Source: Candidatus Iainarchaeum sp.
Lineage (GTDB): Archaea; Iainarchaeota; Iainarchaeia; Iainarchaeales; GCA-2688035
Assembly (NCBI GenBank): GCA_028713935.1
Contig: JAQTNI010000003.1
Coordinates: 17,391-49,390, forward strand
Direction: 5' to 3'
DNA length: 32,000 nt
Positions 16,277 to 24,518 of this stretch are shown piece after piece. The first letter of the stretch is position 1. Each line of letters starts with the position of its first letter. A program made the position numbers and the translations under genes. The notes under the pieces are model-generated. The model worked only from the letters and a program-made list of their open reading frames with translations, had not been told where the DNA came from and made no database searches.

Positions 16277-17805
16277 TGCTTGAAGTGCCTTTTTCCTGAA
16301 AAAACAAGTGCAATTTTGTGCTGGTTTGCTGCCTGGATTACTTCCTTGTCCTGGATGCTTCCGCCCGGCTCCATTATTGCCTCTATGCCTGCTTTTGCTG
16401 CAATGTCAATGCTGTCCCTGAAGGGAAAAAAGCCGTCGCTTGCAAGAACGCTTTTTTTGTGAATGGCACCTGATTTTTTTATTGCAAACTCAACAGAATC
16501 CACCCTTGACATTTGTCCCGCCCCTATTCCAACAGTTGCTTTTTCTTTTGCAAGCACAATTGCATTGCTTTTCACATGCTTTGCAATTTTCCATGCAAAA
16601 AGCAAATCCCTTAATTGATTTTCAGAAGGCTTTTTTTCAGAAACAAATTGGAGGTCTTTTTCGTTCAGGGAAAGAGAATCTTTTTCCTGCACAAGCAGGC
16701 CGCTGTTGATTTTCTTGAAATCAAATTTGTCTGGGCGGATTTGTTTTGATTCAAGAATCCTTAAATTTTTCTTTTCCCTTAATTTTTCAAGAGCCTTGTT
16801 TTCAAAAGCAGGCGCAATAACTATTTCATTGAAAAAGCTTGTAATTTGCACTGCTGTTTCAATGTTGCATTGCCTGTTCAATGCAATAATGCCTCCGAAT
16901 GCAGAAAGCTTGTCACAGTCAAGTGCTTTTTCAAAAGCATTTTCTATTTTTTCAGCAGATGCCGCCCCACAGGGATTTGTGTGCTTAACTATTACTGCTG
17001 CCGGCTCTTCAAATTCTGAGAGCAGTTCAAGGGCTGCATCGGCATCATAAATATTGTTGAAGGAAAGCTCTTTGCCATTAAGCTGCTTTGCAGATGCAAT
17101 GCCCGCGGGACTTATTGGCCTGCCGTAAAACGCCCCTCTTTGATGCGGGTTCTCGCCATACCTGCATTCAAATTTTTTTTCGAATGCAAGGACAAGTTTT
17201 TCGGAAAAAGTTTCTTCCTGCAAAAATTGCGAATGAAAATAATCCTGTATTAATGCGTCATAAAAAGCAGTGTGCTCAAAGGCTTTTGCTGCGCATTTTT
17301 TCCTGAATTCAGGCGTTGTGGCTTTTTCAGATTTTAATTGTGAAATTAATTCAGGATATTGCAAAGGTGAAACTATTACTGTGACTGATTCAAAGTTTTT
17401 TGCCGCCGCCCTTATCATTGAAGGCCCTCCAATGTCAATGTTTTCAACTGCCTCTTCAAGTGAAATCCCCTGCTTCGAAATTGTTTCCTTGAAAGGGTAG
17501 AGGTTTATTATCACAATGTCAATTAAGGCAATTTTTTTTTGCTCAAGGATTTCAAGATCCTGCTTGTTTTTTCTTCTTGCAAGTATGCCTGCATGGATTT
17601 TTGGATGCAGTGTTTTCACCCTGCCTCCCAGAATTTCAGGAAAGCCAGTGAAATCAGAAACTTCTGTCGCTTCAATTCCCGCTTCTTTTATTGCTTTTGC
17701 TGTGCCGCCAGTTGCAATTATCTTATAGCCAGCGTCCTGCACAACCCTTGCTGTTTCCAGAAGCCCTGTCTTGTCTGAAACAGAAATCAAAGCAATTTTC
17801 TCCAT
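16273..17805 (-). CDS. purH: Bifunctional AICAR formyltransferase / IMP cyclohydrolase
   Basis: ALISVSDKTGL, ATGGTAK, GGRVKTLHPKIHAGILARR (MGS-like cyclohydrolase domain), and a C-terminal AICARFT domain with GIGAGQMSRVDS. 510 aa. Confidence 0.93.
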   Translation of the reverse strand: MEKIALISVSDKTGLLETARVVQDAGYKIIATGGTAKAIKEAGIEATEVSDFTGFPEILGGRVKTLHPKIHAGILARRKNKQDLEILEQKKIALIDIVIINLYPFKETISKQGISLEEAVENIDIGGPSMIRAAAKNFESVTVIVSPLQYPELISQLKSEKATTPEFRKKCAAKAFEHTAFYDALIQDYFHSQFLQEETFSEKLVLAFEKKFECRYGENPHQRGAFYGRPISPAGIASAKQLNGKELSFNNIYDADAALELLSEFEEPAAVIVKHTNPCGAASAEKIENAFEKALDCDKLSAFGGIIALNRQCNIETAVQITSFFNEIVIAPAFENKALEKLREKKNLRILESKQIRPDKFDFKKINSGLLVQEKDSLSLNEKDLQFVSEKKPSENQLRDLLFAWKIAKHVKSNAIVLAKEKATVGIGAGQMSRVDSVEFAIKKSGAIHKKSVLASDGFFPFRDSIDIAAKAGIEAIMEPGGSIQDKEVIQAANQHKIALVFSGKRHFKH

Positions 17806-17826
17806 GTCAATTCTCCAAAAATTTTT

Positions 17827-18927
17827 TCAGGGCTGAAAAACAATTTTTTTCTGCCTGATAACGACTTTTTTTTCTCCCCTGCAAACACTGCCAAGCTCGA
17901 ACGAATTAATTTTGTATTTTTGGGCAATTTTTTTTATTGCCTCTGAGCTTTTTTCAGGCGCAATTATTGCATAGCCGATTCCCATGTTCCAGGTTGAATA
18001 TGCCTCTTCATCTGAAATTTTTGCTTTTTCCTGCAAAAACCTGAAAATTCCCGCTGGTTCAGGAAGAGAATGAATTTCATAGGAAAATGGCTTTTTTGCG
18101 CGCATTATTTTTTTCCAGCCATGGCCTGTAATGGGCGCAAGGTAATGAAGTTCTGTTTTTTCAAGCATTTCAATCAAAGGGCGGGTATAAAGCCTTGTTG
18201 GCTTTAAGATTTCTTCTCCCAAAAAATTTCCAGTTTCAGGAATTTCAAAAAAATATCCATCGGGGAGAGATTCCGCAACTTTTCTTGCAAGCGAAATCCC
18301 GTTTGAATGCAGGCCGCTGCTTTCAAGACCGATGATAAGATCGCCTTCTGAAATATCCTTTCCAAAAACAAGCCTTGTTTTTGGCTGAATAATGCCAACA
18401 GACGCCCCCGCAATATCCAAAGTTTCTGGATTTACAATGCCCTGCAATGTTGGTGTTTCTCCGCAGGGAATTGCCATTCCGATTTCATCTGCGGCTTTTC
18501 TGAAGCCTTCAAACAAAAATTTTATTTTGTCATTGCCATCAAACCAGGCAGAGTTGCCAGAGCTGATTATATCGCCATAAACAATTGCATCGGCCCCTAT
18601 TGCCGCAAGGTCGTTTGTGCTCATTGCAACATTGTCAATGCCAACCCCTTCATAATATTTTGCGCCTTTTCCCCTTTTGTCATTGCACATTGCATCAGCT
18701 ATGAGATTTTTTGTGCCCAACCCTTCAACATTGAAAGCCAGGAAAAAATCCTGTTCAGGAAGCTCGAATGCAATTGCCGGCTCTCCAATTGTGCCTTCAG
18801 CAATTTTTATTCCAAGCCTTTTCGGATTTGAAATTGTGCCTGAAAATTTTTCAATTGCGGCTGCCTTTACAGGGTCTAACTTTGAATAATCCACAAAATC
18901 CTTGTATTTCATAAAAACCAATTCCAT
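17827..18927 (-). CDS. purM: Phosphoribosylformylglycinamidine cyclo-ligase (AIR synthetase), divergent subtype
   Basis: The PurM-fold motifs are present but variant: VEGLGTKN (DGVGTK), DNVAMSTNDLAAIGA, CGETPTL (GGETA), SSGLHSNGISLARK, ITGHG, WNMGIGYAII. It has its own TATA-like tataattta about 20-25 nt upstream. Confidence 0.82.
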   Translation of the reverse strand: MELVFMKYKDFVDYSKLDPVKAAAIEKFSGTISNPKRLGIKIAEGTIGEPAIAFELPEQDFFLAFNVEGLGTKNLIADAMCNDKRGKGAKYYEGVGIDNVAMSTNDLAAIGADAIVYGDIISSGNSAWFDGNDKIKFLFEGFRKAADEIGMAIPCGETPTLQGIVNPETLDIAGASVGIIQPKTRLVFGKDISEGDLIIGLESSGLHSNGISLARKVAESLPDGYFFEIPETGNFLGEEILKPTRLYTRPLIEMLEKTELHYLAPITGHGWKKIMRAKKPFSYEIHSLPEPAGIFRFLQEKAKISDEEAYSTWNMGIGYAIIAPEKSSEAIKKIAQKYKINSFELGSVCRGEKKVVIRQKKIVFQP

Positions 18928-18991
18928 TTTTTTATTATGGCTCTAAATTATACTGCTTTTTCCCAGGTTTTTTGCAAAACCAAACCATACT

Positions 18992-19585
18992 TTATCGGTG
19001 TGTTCTATTTTTTTTTCGAGCGACCTTTCGAGCATTTTTGAGTGCTTGGATTCTTTTGGGCGATGTCGCTCTCCAATAATGCAGGAGCTGATGAATATTT
19101 GGATAATCAAACCATTTTATTTTCAGACGGGAAACCCCCAGCAATCGAGCAATCCGAAAAGCATGAAGAGGGTGCATTACCACTATATCCCCAGTTTCTG
19201 TATTTCGGAGTTTCAGTGCCCATTTTCGTTCTCGAAGTGAAGTCACTACATGCGCTTTGTCTGTTGGAAGAAAATTAGCTTTCATTGCTTTAAGGGGATC
19301 GCGTAATGTGAGATAAATATTAAACAAGGCTGCATTATCTAATGCAACCACGCGCATTCCGCGCTGTCTGGCTCTTTTGGCAAGTGCAGTGTAAGAAAGC
19401 GGCCCATCGGAAGTAATTTTGTGCAACATTACAGGCACTGGCAATTTTAAATCTTTTTCCAAGTCAGTTTCAGGATATTCAATATAAAGGGTTCTTTCAG
19501 GAGACAAATATTTTGAAAAGCGGGCTAATGGCGGACCATGAGCATGGTCTATTGCCAAAATTGTGGCTTTAAATTTTTTTTTCAT
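18992..19585 (-). CDS. Orphan protein inserted between purQ and purM (possible TraB/Tiki-like fold, very tentative)
   Basis: 197-aa ORF with ATG 19585, 13 nt after the purQ stop. The motif order AIDHAHG ... YIEYPE ... RGMRVVALDN ... RERKWA ... VVMHPLHAF loosely recalls the TraB/PrgY/Tiki pattern GxxH...E...RD...GxxH. The C-terminal tail is basic (ARKVARKKNRTHR). Of its Arg codons, 13 of 19 are CGN, 6 are AGA and none is AGG. Confidence 0.55.
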   Translation of the reverse strand: MKKKFKATILAIDHAHGPPLARFSKYLSPERTLYIEYPETDLEKDLKLPVPVMLHKITSDGPLSYTALAKRARQRGMRVVALDNAALFNIYLTLRDPLKAMKANFLPTDKAHVVTSLRERKWALKLRNTETGDIVVMHPLHAFRIARLLGVSRLKIKWFDYPNIHQLLHYWRATSPKRIQALKNARKVARKKNRTHR

Positions 19586-19598
19586 TCAGATTCCCATT

Positions 19599-20399
19599 TC
19601 ACTTAAAATATTCAACTGCATTCCGGAATATTCTCATTCCTTCGCTTTCATCAGGCAGGCTTTTTCCTTCGCGTTTCAGTTTTTCTTTCTGGAGCAACCA
19701 GCCATTCTGCTGCGTAAAAAGAATATTTCTTTCAGGATGGGGCATTAAGCCGAAAACCCTTCCCGTTTCATTGCAGATGCCTGCAATGTCTTCCAATGCG
19801 CCATTCGGATTTGCAGGGAATCTGCCTTTTGCCAATGCGCCTTTTTCATTGGCATACCTGAAAACAACCTGCGAGTTTTCATTCAGCTTTTCAAGGACGT
19901 TTTTTTCCGCAAAAAATTTTCCCTCGCCATGCGCAACAGGCAGGCGAATTGTTTCAATGCCTTTTGTGAAAACGCATTTTTTTGAAAATGCCTTCAGGTA
20001 AACCCATCTGCATTCATAGCGCGCGGAATTGTTGCGCATTAACGCGATTTTTCTTTCACCGAAGCACTTTTCAAAGCCCGGAACAAGGCCGAGGTTTGCA
20101 ATTGCCTGAAAGCCGTTGCAGATTCCAATTACAAGATTTTCAGCTTCAATAAATTTCTCAATGGCAGGCCAGATATTGCTCTTGATTTTGTTTGCAAGCG
20201 CATTTCCCGAACCAGTGTCATCGCCATAAGAAAATCCGCCTGGAAAAGCAAGAATCCGGAATTCACTGAGTTTTTGAGGGGCTGCTATCAGGTCATTTAT
20301 ATGCACAATTTCTGTTTCCGCGCCTGCTTTCCTGAAAGCAAAGGCTGTTTCTTCCTCGCAGTTTATTCCATAACCACTTAGAACAATTGCTTTCACCAT
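19599..20399 (-). CDS. purQ: FGAM synthase glutaminase subunit
   Basis: Class I amidotransferase: VIGICNGFQ (nucleophile Cys) and GLMPHPER (His). ATG at 20399 overlaps the purL stop by 1 nt (TGATG); the ORF-track TTG is at 20402. Confidence 0.9.
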   Translation of the reverse strand: MVKAIVLSGYGINCEEETAFAFRKAGAETEIVHINDLIAAPQKLSEFRILAFPGGFSYGDDTGSGNALANKIKSNIWPAIEKFIEAENLVIGICNGFQAIANLGLVPGFEKCFGERKIALMRNNSARYECRWVYLKAFSKKCVFTKGIETIRLPVAHGEGKFFAEKNVLEKLNENSQVVFRYANEKGALAKGRFPANPNGALEDIAGICNETGRVFGLMPHPERNILFTQQNGWLLQKEKLKREGKSLPDESEGMRIFRNAVEYFK

Positions 20400-23368
20400 C
20401 AATAACCCTCAAAAGTTTTTTTATAGGAATTTTCAAGTTTTTTAATTGGAATGAAAAATTTTTTTGTTCCAACAGGCTTTATAACAAGCCCTTTTTTTGC
20501 AATAACTTTTCCTATTTCCGCAAAAGAATTGCCATTCATAATTCTCTCAAATTCCTTCTTGTTTTTTTTGCTTAGTGTTGCAACAATCCTGCCCTGTGAT
20601 TCTGAAAACAAGAGTTCGTCATTCCTGAGTTTTTCTGCAGGCAGTTTTTGCAGTGAAATTTCCATGCCAAGCTGCGAGGCAATGCAGATTTTTGCAACTG
20701 CGATTCCAATTCCTCCCAAGCCTACTGGCTGGCAGCTTGCAACAAGCCCTTTTTCAATTGCATTGCTTAAAGCCGAATACAATTTTTTTGATTTTTCAGA
20801 ATCAACTTTTGGAGCATTTTTCCCTAAAAATTTTTTTCCTGAAAGCTTTTCCCCCATAAAGGAAAGGTATTCGCTTGCGCCAAGCTCGTTTTTGGTTTCC
20901 CCAAGCGCAAAGACAATATCCCCGGAAAATTTTGCGTCCATTGAAACGCATTTTTCGGAATTTTCAATTTTTGCAAGGGAACTTATCAACAGTGTGGGAG
21001 GAACTGAAATTTTTATTGGATTGTTGTTTTCATCATATCCTTTAAAATCATTGAACATGCTGTCTTTTCCTGAAATAAATGGGGTTTCAAATGCAACTGC
21101 AAAATCAAAGCAGGCCTGTGCAGCCTGTTTCAATTGCCAGAGCCTTTCGGGTTCATTGCTGCTGCACCAGCAAAAATTGTCAAGCAATGCAATTTCTTCA
21201 GGATTTGCGCCAATGCAGACAAGGTTCTTGATTGCTGAGTCAATTGCGCAGGCAGCCATCCAGTAACAGTCAATGTCACCGTAAGAAGGGTAAAGCGCAT
21301 GGGAAATTCCAAGGCAAAGCTTTGAATCAAGCAATGGCCTTACTGCGGTTGCATCTGCATTCACTCTTCCTTTTCCCTGCAATGGCTTGAGAACAGAACT
21401 GCCCTGCACTTCATGATCGTATTGTGCTGAAACAAATTCCCTGCTGCAGATATTCTGCCTTGAAAGCATTTTACAGATTGCATCTTCAAGGCAGGGCTCT
21501 TCAAATTTTGTGCTTTCCTGGATTTGTGTTTTTGTTTCTGAAAAAAGCCTTTTTTTTGGCAGGCCATTGTGCAGGAATTCCAAATCAATGTCCATTATTG
21601 TTTCGCCATTGTTTTTTACAATGCACTTTCCCGAATCAGTGAATTCCCCTATTACTGCGACTTCAACTCCCCTTTTCCGCATCAAATCCAAAAATTTTTC
21701 AAGGTTTTCCTTTGGAATTGCAAAAGTCATTCTTTCCTGGCTTTCAGAAATCCAGATTTGCCATGGCTGCATTCCGGGATATTTTAAGGGAACTTTTTCA
21801 ATTCCTACAACACAGCCATTGCATTCTTTTGCCATTTCAGCAACTGAACAGCTTAATCCTCCTGCTCCATTGTCTGTTATGCTGCTGTATAATTCCATCT
21901 GCCTTGCTTCCTTGATTATTGCATCGCTCATTTTTTTTTGCGTAATCGGGTCGCCGATCTGGACTGCTGTTGCAGGGCTTCCGGAAGAAAGTGCTTCGGA
22001 AGAAAAAGTCGCTCCGTGAATCCCGTCAAGCCCAACCCTGCCACCAGCCATTACTATCAAATCACCGGGCATTGCTGATTTTTCAGAAGAGCTTTTCCCG
22101 TTTATCTGCCTTGGAATCAGGCCAATTGTGCCGACAAAAACAAGGGGCTTTCCCTTGTATCTTTCGTCAAAAAACATAAAGCCCTGCGTGGTTGGAATTC
22201 CGGAGCAGTTGCCGCCTGAATTCACTCCTTCAATTACCCCAAGCATTATTTTTTCTGGCGAAAGCATTTTGCTTGACTTGTTTTTTCCCTTGTACAAAGG
22301 CCTTGAATCAAAAGGAGAGGCAAAGCAAAAGCCATACCTGTTCACAATTGGCTTTGCGCCTTTTCCAAATCCAATCGCATCCCTGTTAACGCCAACAATG
22401 CCCGTAATTGCGCCCCCGAATGGGTCAAGCGCGCTCGGGCTGTTATGGGTTTCAACCTTGTCTGTTACCAACCATTCTTTTCCAAATTCAATTGCACCTG
22501 AATTGTCAAGAAAAACAGAAACACAATTGTCCTTGCTGCCTTTTTTTTGCCTGATTATGTCAGTTGCCTTTTTTATTTTTTCCTTAAAAATGCCTTGTTT
22601 TATTTCATCAAGCTCTGCGGAAAAAATCGTGTGCTTGCAGTGCTCGCTCCATGTTTGTGCAAGGCTTTCAATTTCAATGTCAGTCGGTTTTCTCCCAAGT
22701 TTTGCAAAAAAATCCCTTATTGCCTTCATTGATTCAAGGTCAAGAGCAAGCGGGCCTCTTCTAGTGCCTGTGCCAGTATCAAGTATGCCTTCCTTGCCTA
22801 TTTTTGCAAGCTCTTCATCGCTTAGATTCAAATCAATTTTTTTTGCTTCAGCTGCATTGCCAAGCCTTACAACTGGCGCAATCACATCCATTCCTTTTTC
22901 CTTGAGGAATTGTTCCCTGCTTTTTATGTGGATTCTCTGGATAAGGGGATTTGCAAAGCCAAGCGCGATTTTTTCTGCTTCCTCTTTGCTTAAAGCGCCT
23001 TTCAAAAAAAGTTCCTGTGAAGAATAAACCCGCGCAGAAATCTTCCTTTGCCTTGCAGCAAAAAAATCCGTGATAAGCTCTGTTGCAGTGTTGCCAATAT
23101 TGTCAGTCACTCCTGGAAGAAAGCCAATTTCAATGCACCAGCTAAAATCATTTCCAGGGGAGTCTCCCAAAAAAGCTTTTTGTGAAACAGGGTTATGCAA
23201 AAGCCCTGGCAATTCAAGCATTTCAGAATCATTCAAATCAGATTCAATTGTGTAAACATCAGCAATCTTCAAATTTTCAGCCTTAAAGCCCATTGAAGCA
23301 AGCTGCTTTTTTTTAATTGCTTCCCTTGCATCGCTGCCAGTGTTTACGGCTATCCTCGCTAACCCCAT
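20399..23368 (-). CDS. purL: FGAM synthase synthetase subunit with fused PurS-like N-terminal domain (989 aa)
   Basis: AQTWSEHCKHTIF at aa 238-249, then duplicated PurM-like domains (DNGAGGLS, GDPITQKK, ISGKDSMFN). About 175 extra N-terminal residues contain FLPGVTDNIGNTATELI and FANPLIQRIHI, matching PurS and the large-PurL N-domain (GV.DP.G..a, LLaNPvIE). Confidence 0.9.
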   Translation of the reverse strand: MGLARIAVNTGSDAREAIKKKQLASMGFKAENLKIADVYTIESDLNDSEMLELPGLLHNPVSQKAFLGDSPGNDFSWCIEIGFLPGVTDNIGNTATELITDFFAARQRKISARVYSSQELFLKGALSKEEAEKIALGFANPLIQRIHIKSREQFLKEKGMDVIAPVVRLGNAAEAKKIDLNLSDEELAKIGKEGILDTGTGTRRGPLALDLESMKAIRDFFAKLGRKPTDIEIESLAQTWSEHCKHTIFSAELDEIKQGIFKEKIKKATDIIRQKKGSKDNCVSVFLDNSGAIEFGKEWLVTDKVETHNSPSALDPFGGAITGIVGVNRDAIGFGKGAKPIVNRYGFCFASPFDSRPLYKGKNKSSKMLSPEKIMLGVIEGVNSGGNCSGIPTTQGFMFFDERYKGKPLVFVGTIGLIPRQINGKSSSEKSAMPGDLIVMAGGRVGLDGIHGATFSSEALSSGSPATAVQIGDPITQKKMSDAIIKEARQMELYSSITDNGAGGLSCSVAEMAKECNGCVVGIEKVPLKYPGMQPWQIWISESQERMTFAIPKENLEKFLDLMRKRGVEVAVIGEFTDSGKCIVKNNGETIMDIDLEFLHNGLPKKRLFSETKTQIQESTKFEEPCLEDAICKMLSRQNICSREFVSAQYDHEVQGSSVLKPLQGKGRVNADATAVRPLLDSKLCLGISHALYPSYGDIDCYWMAACAIDSAIKNLVCIGANPEEIALLDNFCWCSSNEPERLWQLKQAAQACFDFAVAFETPFISGKDSMFNDFKGYDENNNPIKISVPPTLLISSLAKIENSEKCVSMDAKFSGDIVFALGETKNELGASEYLSFMGEKLSGKKFLGKNAPKVDSEKSKKLYSALSNAIEKGLVASCQPVGLGGIGIAVAKICIASQLGMEISLQKLPAEKLRNDELLFSESQGRIVATLSKKNKKEFERIMNGNSFAEIGKVIAKKGLVIKPVGTKKFFIPIKKLENSYKKTFEGY

Positions 23369-23424
23369 AAAAACCCTGTTAGATTAAGAAAAGCAACAAT
23401 ATTAAAAAAGCTTTTTTTATGTGC

Positions 23425-23679
23425 CTATAATTTTTCATAAACCTTTTTTCTGTGGCCAATGCTGAGCAGCGTAATTGCTTTTTTTGGAGTGCTGATTTGG
23501 GCAATAATCCTGTATTTTCCAATCCTCAGCTTGAACAATTCTTTGCCTGACAGGCGCTCAAAAAACAGGAAAGGAGTTTGCTTTGTTGATTCAAGCTTTT
23601 TCTTGATTCTTTCTCTCAAAGGGGCTTCAAGCTTTTTGAGTTCCCTTGCAAAAGTTTCTGTAAGGAGTATTTCAAACAA
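23425..23679 (-). CDS. relE: RelE/ParE-family type II toxin
   Basis: FEILLTETFARELKKL...ERLSGKELFKLRIGKYRIIAQI...ITLLSIGHRKKVYE is the RelE/StbE consensus pattern. The ORF has no ATG at all. The TTG start follows the antitoxin TGA in frame. Confidence 0.8.
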   Translation of the reverse strand: MFEILLTETFARELKKLEAPLRERIKKKLESTKQTPFLFFERLSGKELFKLRIGKYRIIAQISTPKKAITLLSIGHRKKVYEKL

Positions 23680-23916
23680 TCAGATTCCCCATTTCTTTTC
23701 GGCTTCTTTAAGGGGCAAAACCCTGCCTTTCTTGATGTCTTCAAGGGATTTTTCAATCTGCAAAATTTCTTCCGCTTCCAGAGAATCAGAGTCCTTTGCA
23801 ATATTAACAAGCCTCTGAAGAATATCGGAATAACTTTCTTTTCCAAAATTCTTGAAGCCATCCAATTCATTCTTAACCCTGGTTTCAACCCTCAAAGTAG
23901 TGGTCTGAACAGCCAT
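23680..23916 (-). CDS. RHH-type antitoxin partner of RelE
   Basis: MAVQTTTLRVETRVKNELDGF...SYSDILQRLVNIA (RHH) plus an acidic C-terminal half (toxin-binding style). Directly upstream of, and contiguous with, relE. ATG 23916. Confidence 0.6.
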   Translation of the reverse strand: MAVQTTTLRVETRVKNELDGFKNFGKESYSDILQRLVNIAKDSDSLEAEEILQIEKSLEDIKKGRVLPLKEAEKKWGI

Positions 23917-23933
23917 AAACAATCACAAATATA

Positions 23934-23949
23934 CTCTTGTATACAAGAG
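23934..23949. promoter_or_regulatory. Perfect 16-nt palindrome, candidate TA operator
   Basis: ctcttgtatacaagag lies 18 nt upstream of the antitoxin ATG, between a TATA-like tttatatg (minus strand, about 23950-23957) and the start. Confidence 0.45.
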
Positions 23950-23976
23950 CATATAAACAGTGCCTTTTGGGTTTTG

Positions 23977-24456
23977 TTAGAGTTTCCAGTTCGCTATTTT
24001 GTATTTTTCTGTTTTTAGGAGTTTTCCAATTTCTTTTTGGATTTCTTTTATATCTTCCTTATTGAGCGGTTCGTTTTGTTCATAGAATTCTGGATGTTCC
24101 TGCCTGTGTGGAAAATTGCAAGCTTGCCCATACAACTGGATTTTTGCACTTTTTGCCCTGCCGTATAAGTGGATATGCAAATAAGGCCCTTCTGGATTGA
24201 AAACACTCCAATTTCCATTATCCTGATAATTTATCCTTCCAATGTCTATCCCTCTTCTTTTCAAAGCCTTTGTCATGGCTTCTCCAATAAGAACTGTCAA
24301 GCGCATTAGTTCTACTGCTTGTTTCGGGGTAAGTGCTTGCCTATCCAAAACTTTCTTTTTTGGCTGTATTCTGATGTGGCTGCCATCTGCCCTTGTAATG
24401 TGTGGGCTGTCAACAGCCTCAACAATGAAATCAGCTGTTTCATATATTAATGACAT
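23977..24456 (-). CDS. HIT-family nucleotide hydrolase/transferase
   Basis: Histidine triad PYLHIHLYGR (HxHxHxx), the upstream DGSHIRIQPKKKV (GHxLVxPK-like), and QDNGNWS. 159 aa. Confidence 0.8.
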   Translation of the reverse strand: MSLIYETADFIVEAVDSPHITRADGSHIRIQPKKKVLDRQALTPKQAVELMRLTVLIGEAMTKALKRRGIDIGRINYQDNGNWSVFNPEGPYLHIHLYGRAKSAKIQLYGQACNFPHRQEHPEFYEQNEPLNKEDIKEIQKEIGKLLKTEKYKIANWKL

Positions 24457-24518
24457 AAAGGTAAATAAGAGTAGAAAGTTATTAAAATTATTTTAATCTG
24501 TTGTAATATGGTTTCTGC

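Noticed and set aside
20451-23027. Long plus-strand ORFs (20451-21266, 21510-22019, 22128-23027) antisense to purL
   Set aside because: These are shadow ORFs opposite a 989-aa gene with clear PurL motifs. Their translations are S/F/L/P-rich and have no recognisable domains.
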